NCBI RefSeq assembly: GCF_048593235.1
Contig: NC_133617.1
Coordinates: 258,190,937-258,254,936 of the forward strand
Reading direction: 5' to 3'
DNA: 64,000 nucleotides
Source of the DNA: Sminthopsis crassicaudata
Lineage: Eukaryota
Made by a program: the position numbers and the translations under genes
Part shown: piece after piece, positions 38,026 to 50,689 of the stretch
Position numbering within the stretch: position 1 is the first letter of the stretch
Layout: each line of letters begins with the position of its first letter
Notes under the pieces: generated by a model
Database searches by the model: none
Told to the model about the DNA's origin: nothing
Seen by the model: only the letters and a program-made list of their open reading frames with translations

Positions 38026-38414
38026 AAATTCTTATTATCTACTTATCAGGACCTCATCATCTTTCATGGGGACTTTTTATCAGTAGTTTTTATTCAACAG
38101 TTACTTAAAACACTGCTCTGAACAAGTCACTTCACAGCTCAACTCTAGTAATTCTCTATTACTCCATTACTGCTAGGTTAAAACATAAAACTCCTCTGGT
38201 TAGACCCTTTCACAATTTGGATCTAATCTACCTTTCCACCTTTACATATTTACCTCCTTCAAGGACTTCAGTTCAGTCAAACAGGCGGTCTTATTAGTCC
38301 TCAAAAATGACTCCTATCTTGGTATGTTCTGGTACCTATAATGCATTCTTCCCTCATCATGTTGTAAAATATTAGTTTCCTTCAAAGTTCAATAGCTAGC
38401 TATGTGAAACTTTT

Positions 38415-38650
38415 ATAGATGTGGCACAGCCCAGTGGAAGCATCATTAGGTCTGGAAGTTTTAAAGTTCACTCTAAGATATCTTATAGCCTTGTGACCTT
38501 GGACAAATCACTTAACCTTGATCTGCCAGTTTCCTCAACTGTAAAATGAAAATAGTATTTTCCTCTCAAAAATTGTGAGGATCAGATGAGAATATCCATA
38601 AAGTGCCTAGCACAGTGCTGCATTTTAAGTGTTTAATAAATGCTTGTTTC
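38415..38650 (+). mobile_element. MIR-like SINE
   Basis: tgtgaccttggacaaatcacttaacc...cagtttcctcaactgtaaaatg core. Confidence 0.7.
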
Positions 38651-39864
38651 TGTCCTTTCTCATGAAAAAATCCTACCTTTATATTTATTTATTTCATGTA
38701 TACTATACATGCATATATTGTGCCCCCTGATAAAATGCAAGTTTCTTGAGGGGACGAAGTACCTATGATAATATCTTGCACAAAATAAACAATTGTACCA
38801 TTTGGTTGATTGAGTTAACTCAAATCCCTTAAACGCCATTCAAGCAAGTTATTTTGAGTGTTATGCCTGATAATTTTATTAGGATATTTAACTAAGAATA
38901 ATCTAACAACATTTTTTTATTTTCAGTGAATAGGATCATTAAACCAATTCCTAACTTAAAATGTATATCTCTCCTTTAAATCTATTATTTGATCTGAGAG
39001 GGGAATGATATATGAATGATATACCTACTCTACAGTGATGTATTCCTAATTGTTAAGAAAGTGAATCAAAACCTGCTTTCTATTTGTCTACTCTTCTTTG
39101 TGACAACACTTCAAATATTCAAGAACGGCTATCAAGTTTCCTCTTGGTCCTTTCCCTTGGGCATGGCTTATTATCTTAGTTGCCTTCTCTTGGATTACAT
39201 TCTTCTTTCAGACCTAAATAGTGTGATTTCAACATATCCCAATATAAAAACTTCCTCTAGCAATGCAGCTCACTAAGTTATCTTTCGTAATTAGTTATTA
39301 ATTACATTTCTATATCACATTACAAATATATTATAAATAATAAACTTTATAATTTTAGAGAGCTGCCCTGTCCAGGGTTACACTATCTTTAACTGTCAGG
39401 AGTAGGTTAAGAGACAAGATTTTACTCACACCCCAAGGCCCATTCTATATCCACCATGCCAGTTTGCATTTCAGTCTGGCAATGTCCTTTTTAAAAAGTG
39501 ATACCCATAACTGAAAATAATAAAATAGTACTTCACTTGAAGTATGATCAATTACATCTCCAATATTTCCAATCATATTTTTCTCCAGGTTTTTAAAATT
39601 TTCTAAAGGCTTAATTTCAAAGACAACTGGGAACAATACAAAAAAAAAAATTACTGATCACCTTAAAGTCCAATATAAATCTAATCATGAAACTCTAATA
39701 AGTAATACTAAAACCTATCCTAGCTTTCTTCAATAAATATATCCACTGGTTAATATGAATATCCTCATTTGCAATTAGTTTTCAAATCACTTTATTTTTA
39801 TACTAATCTTACATTTACATTACATCTTTAATTCATCATTAAAAGGATTCAATAACATAATCCC

Positions 39865-39907
<43 letters not shown>

Positions 39908-40001
39908 GAATGTTTTTTGATTATGGTGAATAGATGCTATACAGAAGAAGAATTAAAGAAGAATTAAAGTTTTCTTTTCTAGTGTGAGGAGCCTTAATTA
40001 C

Positions 40002-40172
40002 CTGAGCAAGTTCTTTTTGTTCATTTACCAATCGGCTGCAGCTAGCTATCATCTGGTCCAGTGCATAAAGCCTGTCTTCAAGTCCTTTAATGGCTTTCAT
40101 GTTCTGATTATCCAGTTTGGCAACAGTTTGTCGACACTCTACCAAAAAGGGCTGAATGAATCTTGGATCAAG
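40002..40172 (-). CDS. RB1CC1: RB1CC1 exon 8
   Basis: LDPRFIQPFLVECRQTVAKLDNQNMKAIKGLEDRLYALDQM...KELAQ; 171 nt; tag| and |gtaatt. Confidence 0.97.
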
Positions 40173-40870
40173 CTAAAAGACAAGGGCAAAGAAATGACAT
40201 TTTGTATGTATCAAAACATATTCTTAAATCATAAAGAATTATTTCACCATCATTTCCACTACTAGATCATTTTCACTGCCAAAACACTGCTTAAATTCAC
40301 TTCCTTAAATCAGCTCTAAAATAATAAGTCCAAATGATCACAAAGGAATTAAAAATAGCAATGCACCATAAATTCAAATCAATTTAGTTTGAATAATAAA
40401 TTGGGTATGATACAAAAGTTAAGACTTCTAAAAAACAGAGCTGGTTCTAAAGCTGACTGGTCTTTCTGTAACTACCAAGTTATGTTATCACAAGAATTAA
40501 AAATTTTCAAATGACAGTTCTACTTGAGGCAACACTAAAAGTAGTATGAGAGTAGAAAGACTTCATTTAAAAATTAAGTGATGTCTCAGAACTTTGATAA
40601 GCTATACAATTGTGTTTCATTCCCAAAATCTTCTGGAACTCATTAAATTAAAAATATACCAGAATGACTAAAACATCTTCAACTAATTTTTAAAACATTT
40701 TTTTGCAACTGTAAATTACTAACTATGCCCAAAAGTATCTATTTTGACCTAGAAAATAGGCATTGTTACAAATATAGCTCAGGATAAAAGAAAAGTATAT
40801 TGTTTGGAAATATATTTATATTAGCACTTATTGAAGTCACAAAAAAAACAAATAAAAGATATCATTGAGT

Positions 40871-41189
40871 GTAAACTGTTTGCATTTTTTGTTTTTCTTC
40901 CCAGGTTATATTTACCTTCCGAATCCAATTCTTCCTTTGCTGCAGTAGCAGCAGCAACAACAACAACAACAAAATTCGGTTCTGCACATATATATTGTAC
41001 CTAGGATATACTATAACATATTTAATATATAGGGGAATGCCTGCCATCTAGGGGAGGGAGTGGAGGGAAGGAGGGGAAAAATCGGAACAGAAGGGAGTAC
41101 AAAGAATAATGTAAAAAAATTACCTATGCATATGTACTGTCAAAAAATGTTATAATTATAAAATTAGTTTAAAAAAAAAAAAAAAAAAA
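40871..41189 (+). mobile_element. 5'-truncated L1 (3'UTR) with internal (CAG/CAA)n
   Basis: 17-bp TSD aaaagatatcattgagt (40854-40870 / 41190-41206); poly(A). Confidence 0.92.
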
Positions 41190-42054
41190 AAAAGATATCA
41201 TTGAGTAGCAGCTAAATGAATTATGGCCCATCATCATAATGGAGTATTATTGCATCATAAGATATGAACATAAAAAAACATAGGCCAGCATGGGGAAGAC
41301 TTATATGAAATGTTCAATCAAGACAAGGTAAAGAGGAAGAAAGTGAAATGGAAAACTAAATGCTGTTACATGTACAAGTATAATGACCAAGAATAGCCTC
41401 AGAAAAAAAAAATTATGAAAAGGCATACTTACATATGGCATATACTCTCAGATTCATATATCATTTTTATGAAACTGATTTCCCACTCTCCCCAATTCCT
41501 TATATTTTATTCTTTAATACAACACATAGCTCTCTGTGGGGATGGGATAGTAAACAAATTTTGAAATGAGGATAATTTAAAAACAAAAACGTAATTAAAT
41601 AATGGTTAAAATTTTTTAAAACAGATTGTTCTAAGTCATTAACAGGAGAAAAGCAAATTAAAAAAAAAAAAGGTTTTTCTTTAAATACAGAAACTAAATG
41701 GTAAAAGGAATTTAATTACTAAAAAATAAATTTAAAATTATTATTAATTTTAAAAATTAATATAATGGAGGTAAAGAATTTTACAACTATTTTTACTTTT
41801 TTAAAAAAGGAAAAAAGCATCAAGTTCAGAAATAATATTCTCTGTTTAAAAGCTGAATTCTGTCCCGGGTCCTCTTCTCTGTCTTCAATTGCCTAGATGT
41901 CTAGTAGACATTTTAAACTTAACAGGACCAAAACAATTCATTATCTTTTCCTAGAAACCTTCCCCCTCCCTCCTATCTTCTCCATTTCTGTAGTGAGCAA
42001 TACTATTCTTGCAGGCCCTCAAACAGGTAATGTAGAAGTTAATCTCAAATCCTC

Positions 42055-42119
42055 ATAGAGACTAGATGTGGATCAAAGCATAGTTTTTTTTACCTTTTGT
42101 TGTTTTACTTTACCTGGTG

Positions 42120-42160
<41 letters not shown>

Positions 42161-42715
42161 GCCCACCCCTTTGATCTGATTTTACTTATGAATATGTAAA
42201 TATGTTTGGAAAAATTGCACATGTTTAACCTATATCGGATTGCTAGCTATCTTAGAAAGCAATGGAAGTAGGGAAGGAGAAAAATTTGAAAAACATAAGG
42301 TTTTGCAAAAGTGAATGTTGAGAACTATCTTTGCATGTTATTTGGAAAAACAAAATACTATTTAAAAAAAGTTAAGGGTCTGAAATAGGATAGTGAAGTG
42401 GATGTATAACTGCATAGAAGAGAATGATACAAGTTATATAGCAGAAATGGAATTGACAATGACTAAAGAACGAGAGCTGCCCATCTCATTCCTTTGTAGA
42501 AGGTGGTCCACAAGTATAGAACATGGCAAATATTTTTAGACTTTTTCAATGAAATAATCAATAAACCTGATTTTCTCTTCCTTTTTTAACCTTTGCTTTT
42601 TAAAACGTTTTTTTTTTTGGGGGGGGGGTATTAAATGGTATGGCTATTGAGGAACAGAAAACAGTGGGAGAAATTTTGCCATATAAAAATAGAATGTATC
42701 AATTTTTTTTTTAAA
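42055..42715 (+). mobile_element. Older L1 3'UTR fragments with (GT)n
   Basis: gcacatgtttaacctatatcggattgc...gaatgttgagaactatctttgcatg motifs. Confidence 0.65.
42125..42158. repeat. (GT)n microsatellite
   Basis: Direct reading. Confidence 0.95.
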
Positions 42716-43579
42716 GGTGAAGGAGGGTGACTGAGATTGCAAATATGCAAATTGGCAAAGATGCCAAATATGTGGCAACTAATTTTGGTGGAAGACTAGA
42801 CTTGGTCTGAGATGTCAGGATTTTCTGGGTGCTTCCAATAGGTGCCAAATGGCAGCAAGAAGAATATCAACAGGAATTCAAGCTCTGGCATGAACTTCCG
42901 CATATCAGTTCTTGACCTCTTGTAACCATAGTGGATCAGACAGAGACAGTGATTCTATGGACTTTCTGGCTCCCAGCATAAGAGGAAAGAATCTAGTCAT
43001 AGCAGTAGCAGTACCCAAGTGTGCCCAACAAGTACACGAGGCAATGACAGCACAGGTCAGCAGCAACATTGTACATAGAAGCAGAGCCAGGTCCCAAGCA
43101 CAGGAAGGTCAATGCTTGGCTCAGCACAAGACAGCAGATTCCAAGCCCCATTACTGACAGTTGTCCTGTCCTGGCACAAAGAAGCAATGACAGCATTCAA
43201 GACAGCACTCTATTCCTGGGACATAGAGGTAACAGCTGACTGGCATAGTGGGCCATATCCAGGTCAAGGCAGAAAATGGTCAGTGGACAGAGAATTATAC
43301 AGTGGCAAAGGGAGGTAGTGATCTAGGACCTAGCTTTAGGGGATAACAATGGAGTTGGTCCCTTTTAAAGACTAGGGGATAAGGAATAGGTCACAGTGAA
43401 TGCCTTATTCATGGCTGAATAAGGTAGGAACAGGAAATTAACAGAGAAAAGAGAAGTAATTCTGTCTTCCCTCAGTTGTCAGCTAAAATTGTTGCATTCA
43501 ATAATAATAATTGCAGTTTCTATCCTTTTCTAATCTTTTTTGTTCAAAGTACCTTAATAAAAATCTTCTACTTTTTTAC

Positions 43580-45254
43580 TTTTCTTATCATGTTGTATTA
43601 AATGAATTGAAAAGACATTTAAGTGACAACTATTTGAAAAGTAGTTGAGTACCTGAGTAAATAAATTTGAACAAAAACAAAATTTGAACAAAAAAATTTG
43701 TGTCCAAGTAAAATAATTTTTGTGCTCAAGAAGCTTACATTTGAAGGGGAGGGAGCCAAAATATGCATAGCCTGGAAAGGAAACTATGATCAGGGAAGTC
43801 ATGGGAATACAGAGTCTAGAAATACTCTTAAATACCAATGGCAGCACTGATTTGATTGTGATTTTGAAACTTGAAGGAGAAAGGAGTAAATGGGAGAGAG
43901 GGGGTAGGAGTGAAGGGAATTCAATGAGAAAATGACTGAGATTGAGTAAAGCATGGTTGAAGGCCACCCAGATTCAGTAGAACATGAGAGGCACTCTATG
44001 ATCAGGATATCTAGGGCCCAAGGTAGGAATTCTAAAAGGTAAATGTCCCCAATAATCATTAAGGAGGCAGAAGTGGGGGCAGCTAGGTGGCACAGTGGAT
44101 AGAGCACCAACTCTGAATTCAAGAGGACCCAAGTTCAAATCTGATCTCAGACACTTAACATTTCTTAGCTTCGTGACCCTGGGCAAGTCACTTAACCCCA
44201 GCCTCAGGAAAAAAAAAAAAGAAAAAAAAAAAAAGAGGCAGAAGTGAATGCCCTATCTCTGGGGTGTAGAACCCATTCTGAGCTACATTTTGGCATTCCT
44301 TTCCTAAGAGTATAACATACTTTAATATATAAATCTTCCATAACCTTCTTTTCCTTACACCACTTGTACAAATCATTTGTATATCTAAGTTGGTTGAAGC
44401 ATACTGTGATTCCAAATTTCACTTTCCACTAATTGTTTCCAGCTATATTTTCAGTTTATTTTTAAAAGTTTCTCACCTTTATTGGATTTAACTTCCCTTT
44501 TGAGTTCCATAGGAACTTTCTTTCTTTTTTTTTTTTTTTAAAGGAGCCACTTCACTCCAAAAGTTCCCATCACTTCTACTTTTAACAACCAGTTCTTCCC
44601 AGACAGTAAGAATAAGAACCAGAACACTTTTGACACTTTATATTCATTCAGGTAAAATTGTCTTACTAGGTAGCTGCCGACAAGGAACTGACATCTGGAA
44701 GATAGAGCTGCAAATAGAGTTTGTTTTCATATATATAGAGTGGAATTGAGTATAAGTAAGTATATTGAGTATAAAGTAAGGGAAAAGTTCAGGACAAATC
44801 TGAGGAACATAAAATACTTAACTACCACTGATGTCAAAGGAAAGGATATTATAGAGAGATCAAAAATGATGAGCACAGTCCTTTCAATCTGGCAATTTTG
44901 AGATCCTAGAGAAAGTAGTCTCAGGAGAACAAGAGATCTGGAAGCCTAATTGGAAATGAGGCTTGGGTTAAGATTATATTAAAGAGTGTTTAAAACAAAA
45001 CAAAACAAAAAAGTAAAAGCTGCAAACTTGGACAATTCTTTATACCCAAGAATTGTTCTTTGGAATTGAGCTGGTTAGGAAACATTGGATAAAACCACGA
45101 AAGGATGGTAAGATAAAATAAAGGTTTCCAAAAAGACAAGCCAGTAGAGAATTTAAAGATTAGAGGGATTCAGGCAATGATTAAAAGGTACAAACTCCTA
45201 GAAGATACAGGAAAAAATGGGATCAAGAAGAAAAGCTGAATAGTTTAGTTTGGC

Positions 45255-45292
<38 letters not shown>

Positions 45293-45850
45293 TATATGTT
45301 CCTTGGATAATGGAAAAAAGGAAAGGGATAAAAACAGAGATGATGAGGGGTAGACCAGGAAAAATAAAAAGATCTGACAAGAGATGATCTTGACTTTATC
45401 AATAAAGAAAAAGGTGAATTTATATGTCTACTTTCTCCTAAGTAGAGGATGTAAGACAAAGAAGGCCTGCTAGACCTGGAGAGAGAAGAAACATTTTGGA
45501 ATGTTTCTTTTTGGGAATGAATGAACTAGCATGCAACAAGGCCCAGATAAAAAAATTCAGTGGCATTCAGCAATGATGAAGTAGAAGCAAGGAAGTTAAT
45601 TGGGATAGAAGAGTGGAGATGAGGTATGGTAGGGGAAATAAATCAAATGAAGAATTGAGAGGATGTGAATGTTGGGGGAAGAGGATTCAAGAAAAAAGAA
45701 GAAATAGAAGAAAACACAAGCCAATTATACTTGGGAAAGCAGGAAGGATAAACTAGACATGATTATATCATGGCAAAAAGAATCTGGAAGAGATAATATA
45801 AAAAAGATAGAAGTGAACTTAAAAGGAAAAGAGGTTGGTCTGTAAATGGC
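43580..45850 (-). mobile_element. L2 relic(s), interrupted by a SINE
   Basis: cattaaatgaattgaa...acatttaagtg L2-tail-like start, then purine-rich degenerate body. Boundaries approximate. Confidence 0.45.
44075..44234 (+). mobile_element. WSINE1-like SINE
   Basis: Full length; TSD gaggcagaagt (44064-44074 / 44235-44245). Confidence 0.92.
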
Positions 45851-46828
45851 AATAAGAAAAATTTAATCAAATCTTCCTAACCTAGTATGTGTCAGGGTGA
45901 CTAAAGGATATTATAAATAAATAATCTTCAAGAGAAACCAAAAGCTTCCAGGAATCCCAGTAGATAGAAAGAATATAAAACAAACACTGAAGTGGATTCC
46001 ATTTAACAATATAGCAGGGCAAGGATCCAAAAAACACAATGAATAAAGAGGAAGAAAAGGTAAACTGTGTATAGACAGTAAGGGGGGGGAAGAGGAGTTC
46101 TGCCTCACTCCTCTGAATCTCAGGGACAAGAGAAGCAGAAAATGAGAATTTAGCATTCATGCACTGGGGGAAAGAACCATTTGATTAGAGTTTTGATTGT
46201 CCAGAGTCCTTTGAAAACAAAGTACAACATCAATATGAGAATAGATTTCAAATTCCAGTTTCTCTTTTCAAAGTACAATAATGATTGTTAACCTGATAGT
46301 TAAACAATCATTATCATAGCCATTTTACAAATAAATTGATGCCCAAAGAGAAGTAATTACCAAAAAACTAAACAATAATCAGAACAAAGATTCAAATTAT
46401 TTTAGTTTAGTCTTCTAGACAAAAAACTACATATCTACCACATAAAATTTAGCTGATCCAAACTACTAATTCAAAGTAGCACTAATGACACAGAAAAACA
46501 AAAACAAAAAACAGGTCTGGACTTTTCAAATAAGCTTTCCTCACTTGTTACAATCCTGTTTATATGACTTTGTTTAACATTTCTTTATGGAGTCCTATAT
46601 TTCCTATTTCCTTTGCCTATAGAGATATATTTAATCTATATAATTAAGGATTATAATAATCCTATTATATTTAAATAGGTCAGTATATTTTTATGATGAA
46701 ACTCGCTCATAATCTTACTATTAACTGAATTTTCATAGTTTGTGGCTTTATCTTTGAATTTTATAATGAATACAACCTGATGAATTTAACATTTCAATGA
46801 AAGCAAAATGTTTAAAAATTGCACTTTA

Positions 46829-46973
46829 GGGGCAGCTAGGTGGCACAATAGATAGAGCACCAAACTTGAAGTCAGAGGACCTGAGTTCAAATCTGCCCTC
46901 AAACACTCAACACTTCCTAAATGTGTGACCCTACACACACTTAATGCCCCATTGCCTCAGCAAAAAAATAAAT
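46829..46973 (+). mobile_element. WSINE1-like SINE
   Basis: Full length; near-perfect TSD aaaattgcacttta / aaaattgcatttta. Confidence 0.88.
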
Positions 46974-47232
46974 AAAATTGCATTTTAATATCAAAAACTT
47001 AAATATGGAAAAAGTATATCTCACTCTGTCATTTTAATAGTATTATATAATTTAAACATATTCCCTCATTTTCATTTACCTTCATAAAAACTTCAGATAT
47101 TAATTAAATATGAGAGTTAATCTAAGATTTACCAGAGGAAAAAAAGGAATTAATCTGGAATATTTGGAACCAAGCAGTAAGATTGCAATAGCAACAAATT
47201 TATTATGTACAATTAGCAAAATGATTACTTAC

Positions 47233-47665
47233 CCTGTTCATAGAATCAAAGCACTTCCTAACCAAAGATTCCACATCATTAGGTCTATCTTGAACATTTA
47301 TCCAGTCTAATAAAGATACATTGAAAGAAGGCAAATCACTCTCTTTATGTTCTACTGAAATTTCTTCCTCCTGGACAGTGCTCTGACAAGATTCCCTAAT
47401 TTCTTTGCCACTTTCAGGATCTGTGTTGTCCGGGGCTGAATGTTCCACTGACTTGCAATATGAGGCTAACAATGATTTGTTAGTCATCTGAGGCATATCA
47501 GGATAAAGCACCAATTCTGATGATTTTTCAGTTTCATTGTTCTCTGTTTCTTTTTCTTCATGTTCAGGAGAAGAATCAAGTCTTCCCAAACATTCCCTGT
47601 AGCTATGTCTTGTTAGGCACTCCAAAAGTGGAATCTTGGCCATTACTGAAACCGCAGTTCCTAAA
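47233..47665 (-). CDS. RB1CC1: RB1CC1 exon 7
   Basis: (H)LGTAVSVMAKIPLLECLTRHSYREC...RKCFDSMNR; 433 nt; aag| and |gtaagt. Confidence 0.97.
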
Positions 47666-48589
47666 CTTAAAATAGAAGCAAATTGTCAATAGCAAGAAAT
47701 ATTCAAAAACAAAAAAACCCACTAATTTAAAGTAACTTCAAAGAATTACTAAATGAATTTACTGAATACTGGTACTACAGATGACTTAAGTCATCTTTAT
47801 GCAATCTGACTTGATGGAAAAATAATTGATATGGTATAGAATATAATATTATAAATAACAGATTTGAAGTTAAAATTTGGTTTTGACTTGATTGTTGTAC
47901 ACAGTCCAACACTACCTAAGGTGCACATTGATGTGATAATTTCCTCATCTGTAAAATGGGGATAATATTTTATATATATAAATACATACATATAATGCTT
48001 GTTAACTGCTACATAATTACATATATTACAATAGACTAGTATATGTTGATATAGCACAAACTATATGAGTTACTTTCAGGCTTAAAAATTATTTGATACA
48101 TATGTGATCTATCTATACTAGTTACTAAAAATTTTTTGTCATAAAATTTTTTTAAATGTATTTTTAATAATTGAAATGCTCTCTTTTTAAGGCTGACTAC
48201 TGTCGTTTTTATACTATTCATTTTATTTGCCTATCTTTCTTTTTAAAATTTCTTTTGTAATTACCTTTTTATTCTCAATGGTTTAATATGCAATTATGGA
48301 AGAAGACGGTCTAATGTTTTACCACATTTCAAATTTTGTTGTGGTAGAACTAGGGGAAAATCTAACAAAAATTCTGATAAAATCTGATATAAAATATCAG
48401 AAAATTTTTTTTAACAATTTAAAAAAAAATTTTAATTTTGATATTTAAATTTTAATATTATATTCTATATCCTGACAAATCAGGTTTTTTTAATCAACTT
48501 TTTCATTATACATATTATTTATTGTATTTAATTCCTCAAGATATCTGTAGAGTATGTTTCTTAAAATTCTGAAAACAGATCATCTAGAC

Positions 48590-48760
48590 CAGTGGTCCTC
48601 AAACTTTTTAAATAGGGAGCCAGTTTACTGTCCCTCAGACTGTTGGGAGGGCAGGACTATAGTAAAAACAAAAACTCACACTCAGTGTCCACCCCTCACC
48701 CCTTTTGCCATAACCCAGCGGGCCGCATCTGGCCCGCGGGTCGTAGTTTGAGAACCCATG
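48590..48760 (-). mobile_element. hAT/Charlie MITE (OC1-like), opposite orientation
   Basis: cagtggtcctcaaact / agtttgagaacccatg termini; TSD atctagac / atccagac. Confidence 0.9.
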
Positions 48761-48877
48761 ATCCAGACAATCACTTAAGATAACTTAGCCCAAAAACTAA
48801 CAATTAAAAGGAAAAAAAAAAAACAAAATAAAAACTATAATTTAGTTCAATTCTACAGGTATTATTAGTAGACATAC

Positions 48878-49080
48878 TGTGTAAGCTTCAACTTGATATC
48901 TTCTACAGACTGTAGGTAATTTGAATAAGCACTTTCAAACTTGGAAAGCAGTTTTTGGTAGGATAATGTACAATCCTCTAAATTGGCCATTATTGCAGCC
49001 CAGCCTTGATGTTGCAGATGTTCATCATGGACTAGACCTTCACAAAAGGAACAAAGTTTCTTGGCAACTTCATGCATTTC
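48878..49080 (-). CDS. RB1CC1: RB1CC1 exon 6
   Basis: EMHEVAKKLCSFCEGLVHDEHLQHQGWAAIMANLEDC...KLKLT(H); 203 nt; tag| and |gtatgt. Confidence 0.97.
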
Positions 49081-49324
49081 CTATGTGGGAAAAAAAAAAT
49101 GAAGAAAAATATTCCATTAAATCATTTTAAACATGACCTACTACTACTCAAGTAGAGAAGGCAATGACAAAAGATCCTAGGAGGCAAGGGACAATGATAA
49201 CTATTTCCCTTATGGCAACTATAACAAAAGCTGTGAATGTGTTTCTCCTGAGATTTCAAAATGGCTAAATCAAGTCAAACAAACTTCTTAAAAACTAAAA
49301 TTCTAATTTTGTTTTATTTGTGCC

Positions 49325-49474
49325 TTTTTTTTTTTTTTTGGCGAAGCAATAGGAGTTAAGTGACTTGCTCAGGGTCACACAGCTATTAAGTATCAAGTGT
49401 TTGAAGCCAAATTTGAACTCTGGTCCTCCTCACTCCAGGGCCATGAACTATCCACTATGCCATCTGGCTGCCCC
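49325..49474 (-). mobile_element. WSINE1-like SINE
   Basis: Reverse complement of the consensus with a T tail. Confidence 0.85.
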
Positions 49475-50626
49475 TAAAAGCGTAATTCTTTAAAAAATAA
49501 AAATGAAAAGATAAAATTTTAAAAATAATAAAGTTGCAACAAAAAATACACATTGAAGTTGAATGTTATTACAGTTTTAGTATATGGAATTTAAATTTCA
49601 TCTTCAATGTTTGGTACTTGTGCCAGTTTCCTCATCTATAAAAGGACGTTTTGGGGGTACTATGGCATTCCTTCCTGCTTCTAGATATGTGAACTCTAGG
49701 ATTCTGACAGAGACAATATAGGACTGTGAAACCAGGACTTGAGAAAAGGAAAACTTCTAGACTAGAGACTTCTGGGAATTATTATTTCCAGTCATTATTC
49801 TGGGAAGCAAACCCTTTGGAGATACAGCCTGGGTTCCTGCAAGTGGCACAGCCATAACAACTGAAGACCTCCCTCCCAGTTGTTATCATAGTCCTTTTCA
49901 TTCTCAAATGGTTCAACAACACGCTTATCATTTTATTAGTAAAAATGACAAAAAGCATTATCTGCTTTACTAGTGTACCAGTGTAAGAGACTTTTCCATA
50001 TGACGTGTAACTTTCATGTATTATCTGCCTTATGAGAATGTGAGCTCCTTAAAAGCAAAGACAATCCTATTTTTCTACTTGTATCCTACTTAATATTTAA
50101 AAACAGTGCTTTGTACATAGTAAGAGCTTAATAAATCTTTCATTCATTCATTCATTCACTCACTCAATCATTCCACAATCCTGGAATATTATCTTAGTCC
50201 TCAGGACTACAAAAAGCAAGTAACTCCAGATCTACAAAAGCAAGATATCTTACTTGGCATTTTTTTTTTCAATTAAGACTCTTTGCATAGACTAAAATAA
50301 CTAATTCTTCACAAATGTTTCAATGAAAAATTATTTACGGGCCCACATGAATCAGATATTAGAACTATTAATATGTTGAACTATAAAGACTGAGTGTATC
50401 TATATATACAAACCTGTGATTTCATTTCTTCAATTAAGGGAAATCAAGGTGCAAAAACATCTTTCAATATAAAAAGACTGACAACTTTTTATAACTATTT
50501 AATTAACCATATTGTTTTTGTGTCATTTTTCAGTTTCATGAAGACCATGGACTCATAGAGGGAAAATTACAGATTACATTAAAAAATTAAGATTACAAAG
50601 GAAATGAATTAGAATGAGAAAATTCT

Positions 50627-50689
50627 TATGTTTCTTAAAATTCTGAAAACAGATCATCTAGACCAGTGGTCCTCAAACTTTTTAAATAG
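50627..50689 (+). repeat. Exact 63-bp copy of 48553-48615
   Basis: Base-by-base identity; flanked by the 13-bp direct repeat agaaaattcttat. Confidence 0.95.

Noticed and set aside
19456-40265. Plus-strand ORFs at 19456, 32052, 32503, 33834 and 39984
   Set aside because: Antisense shadows of RB1CC1 exons with no independent gene signals.
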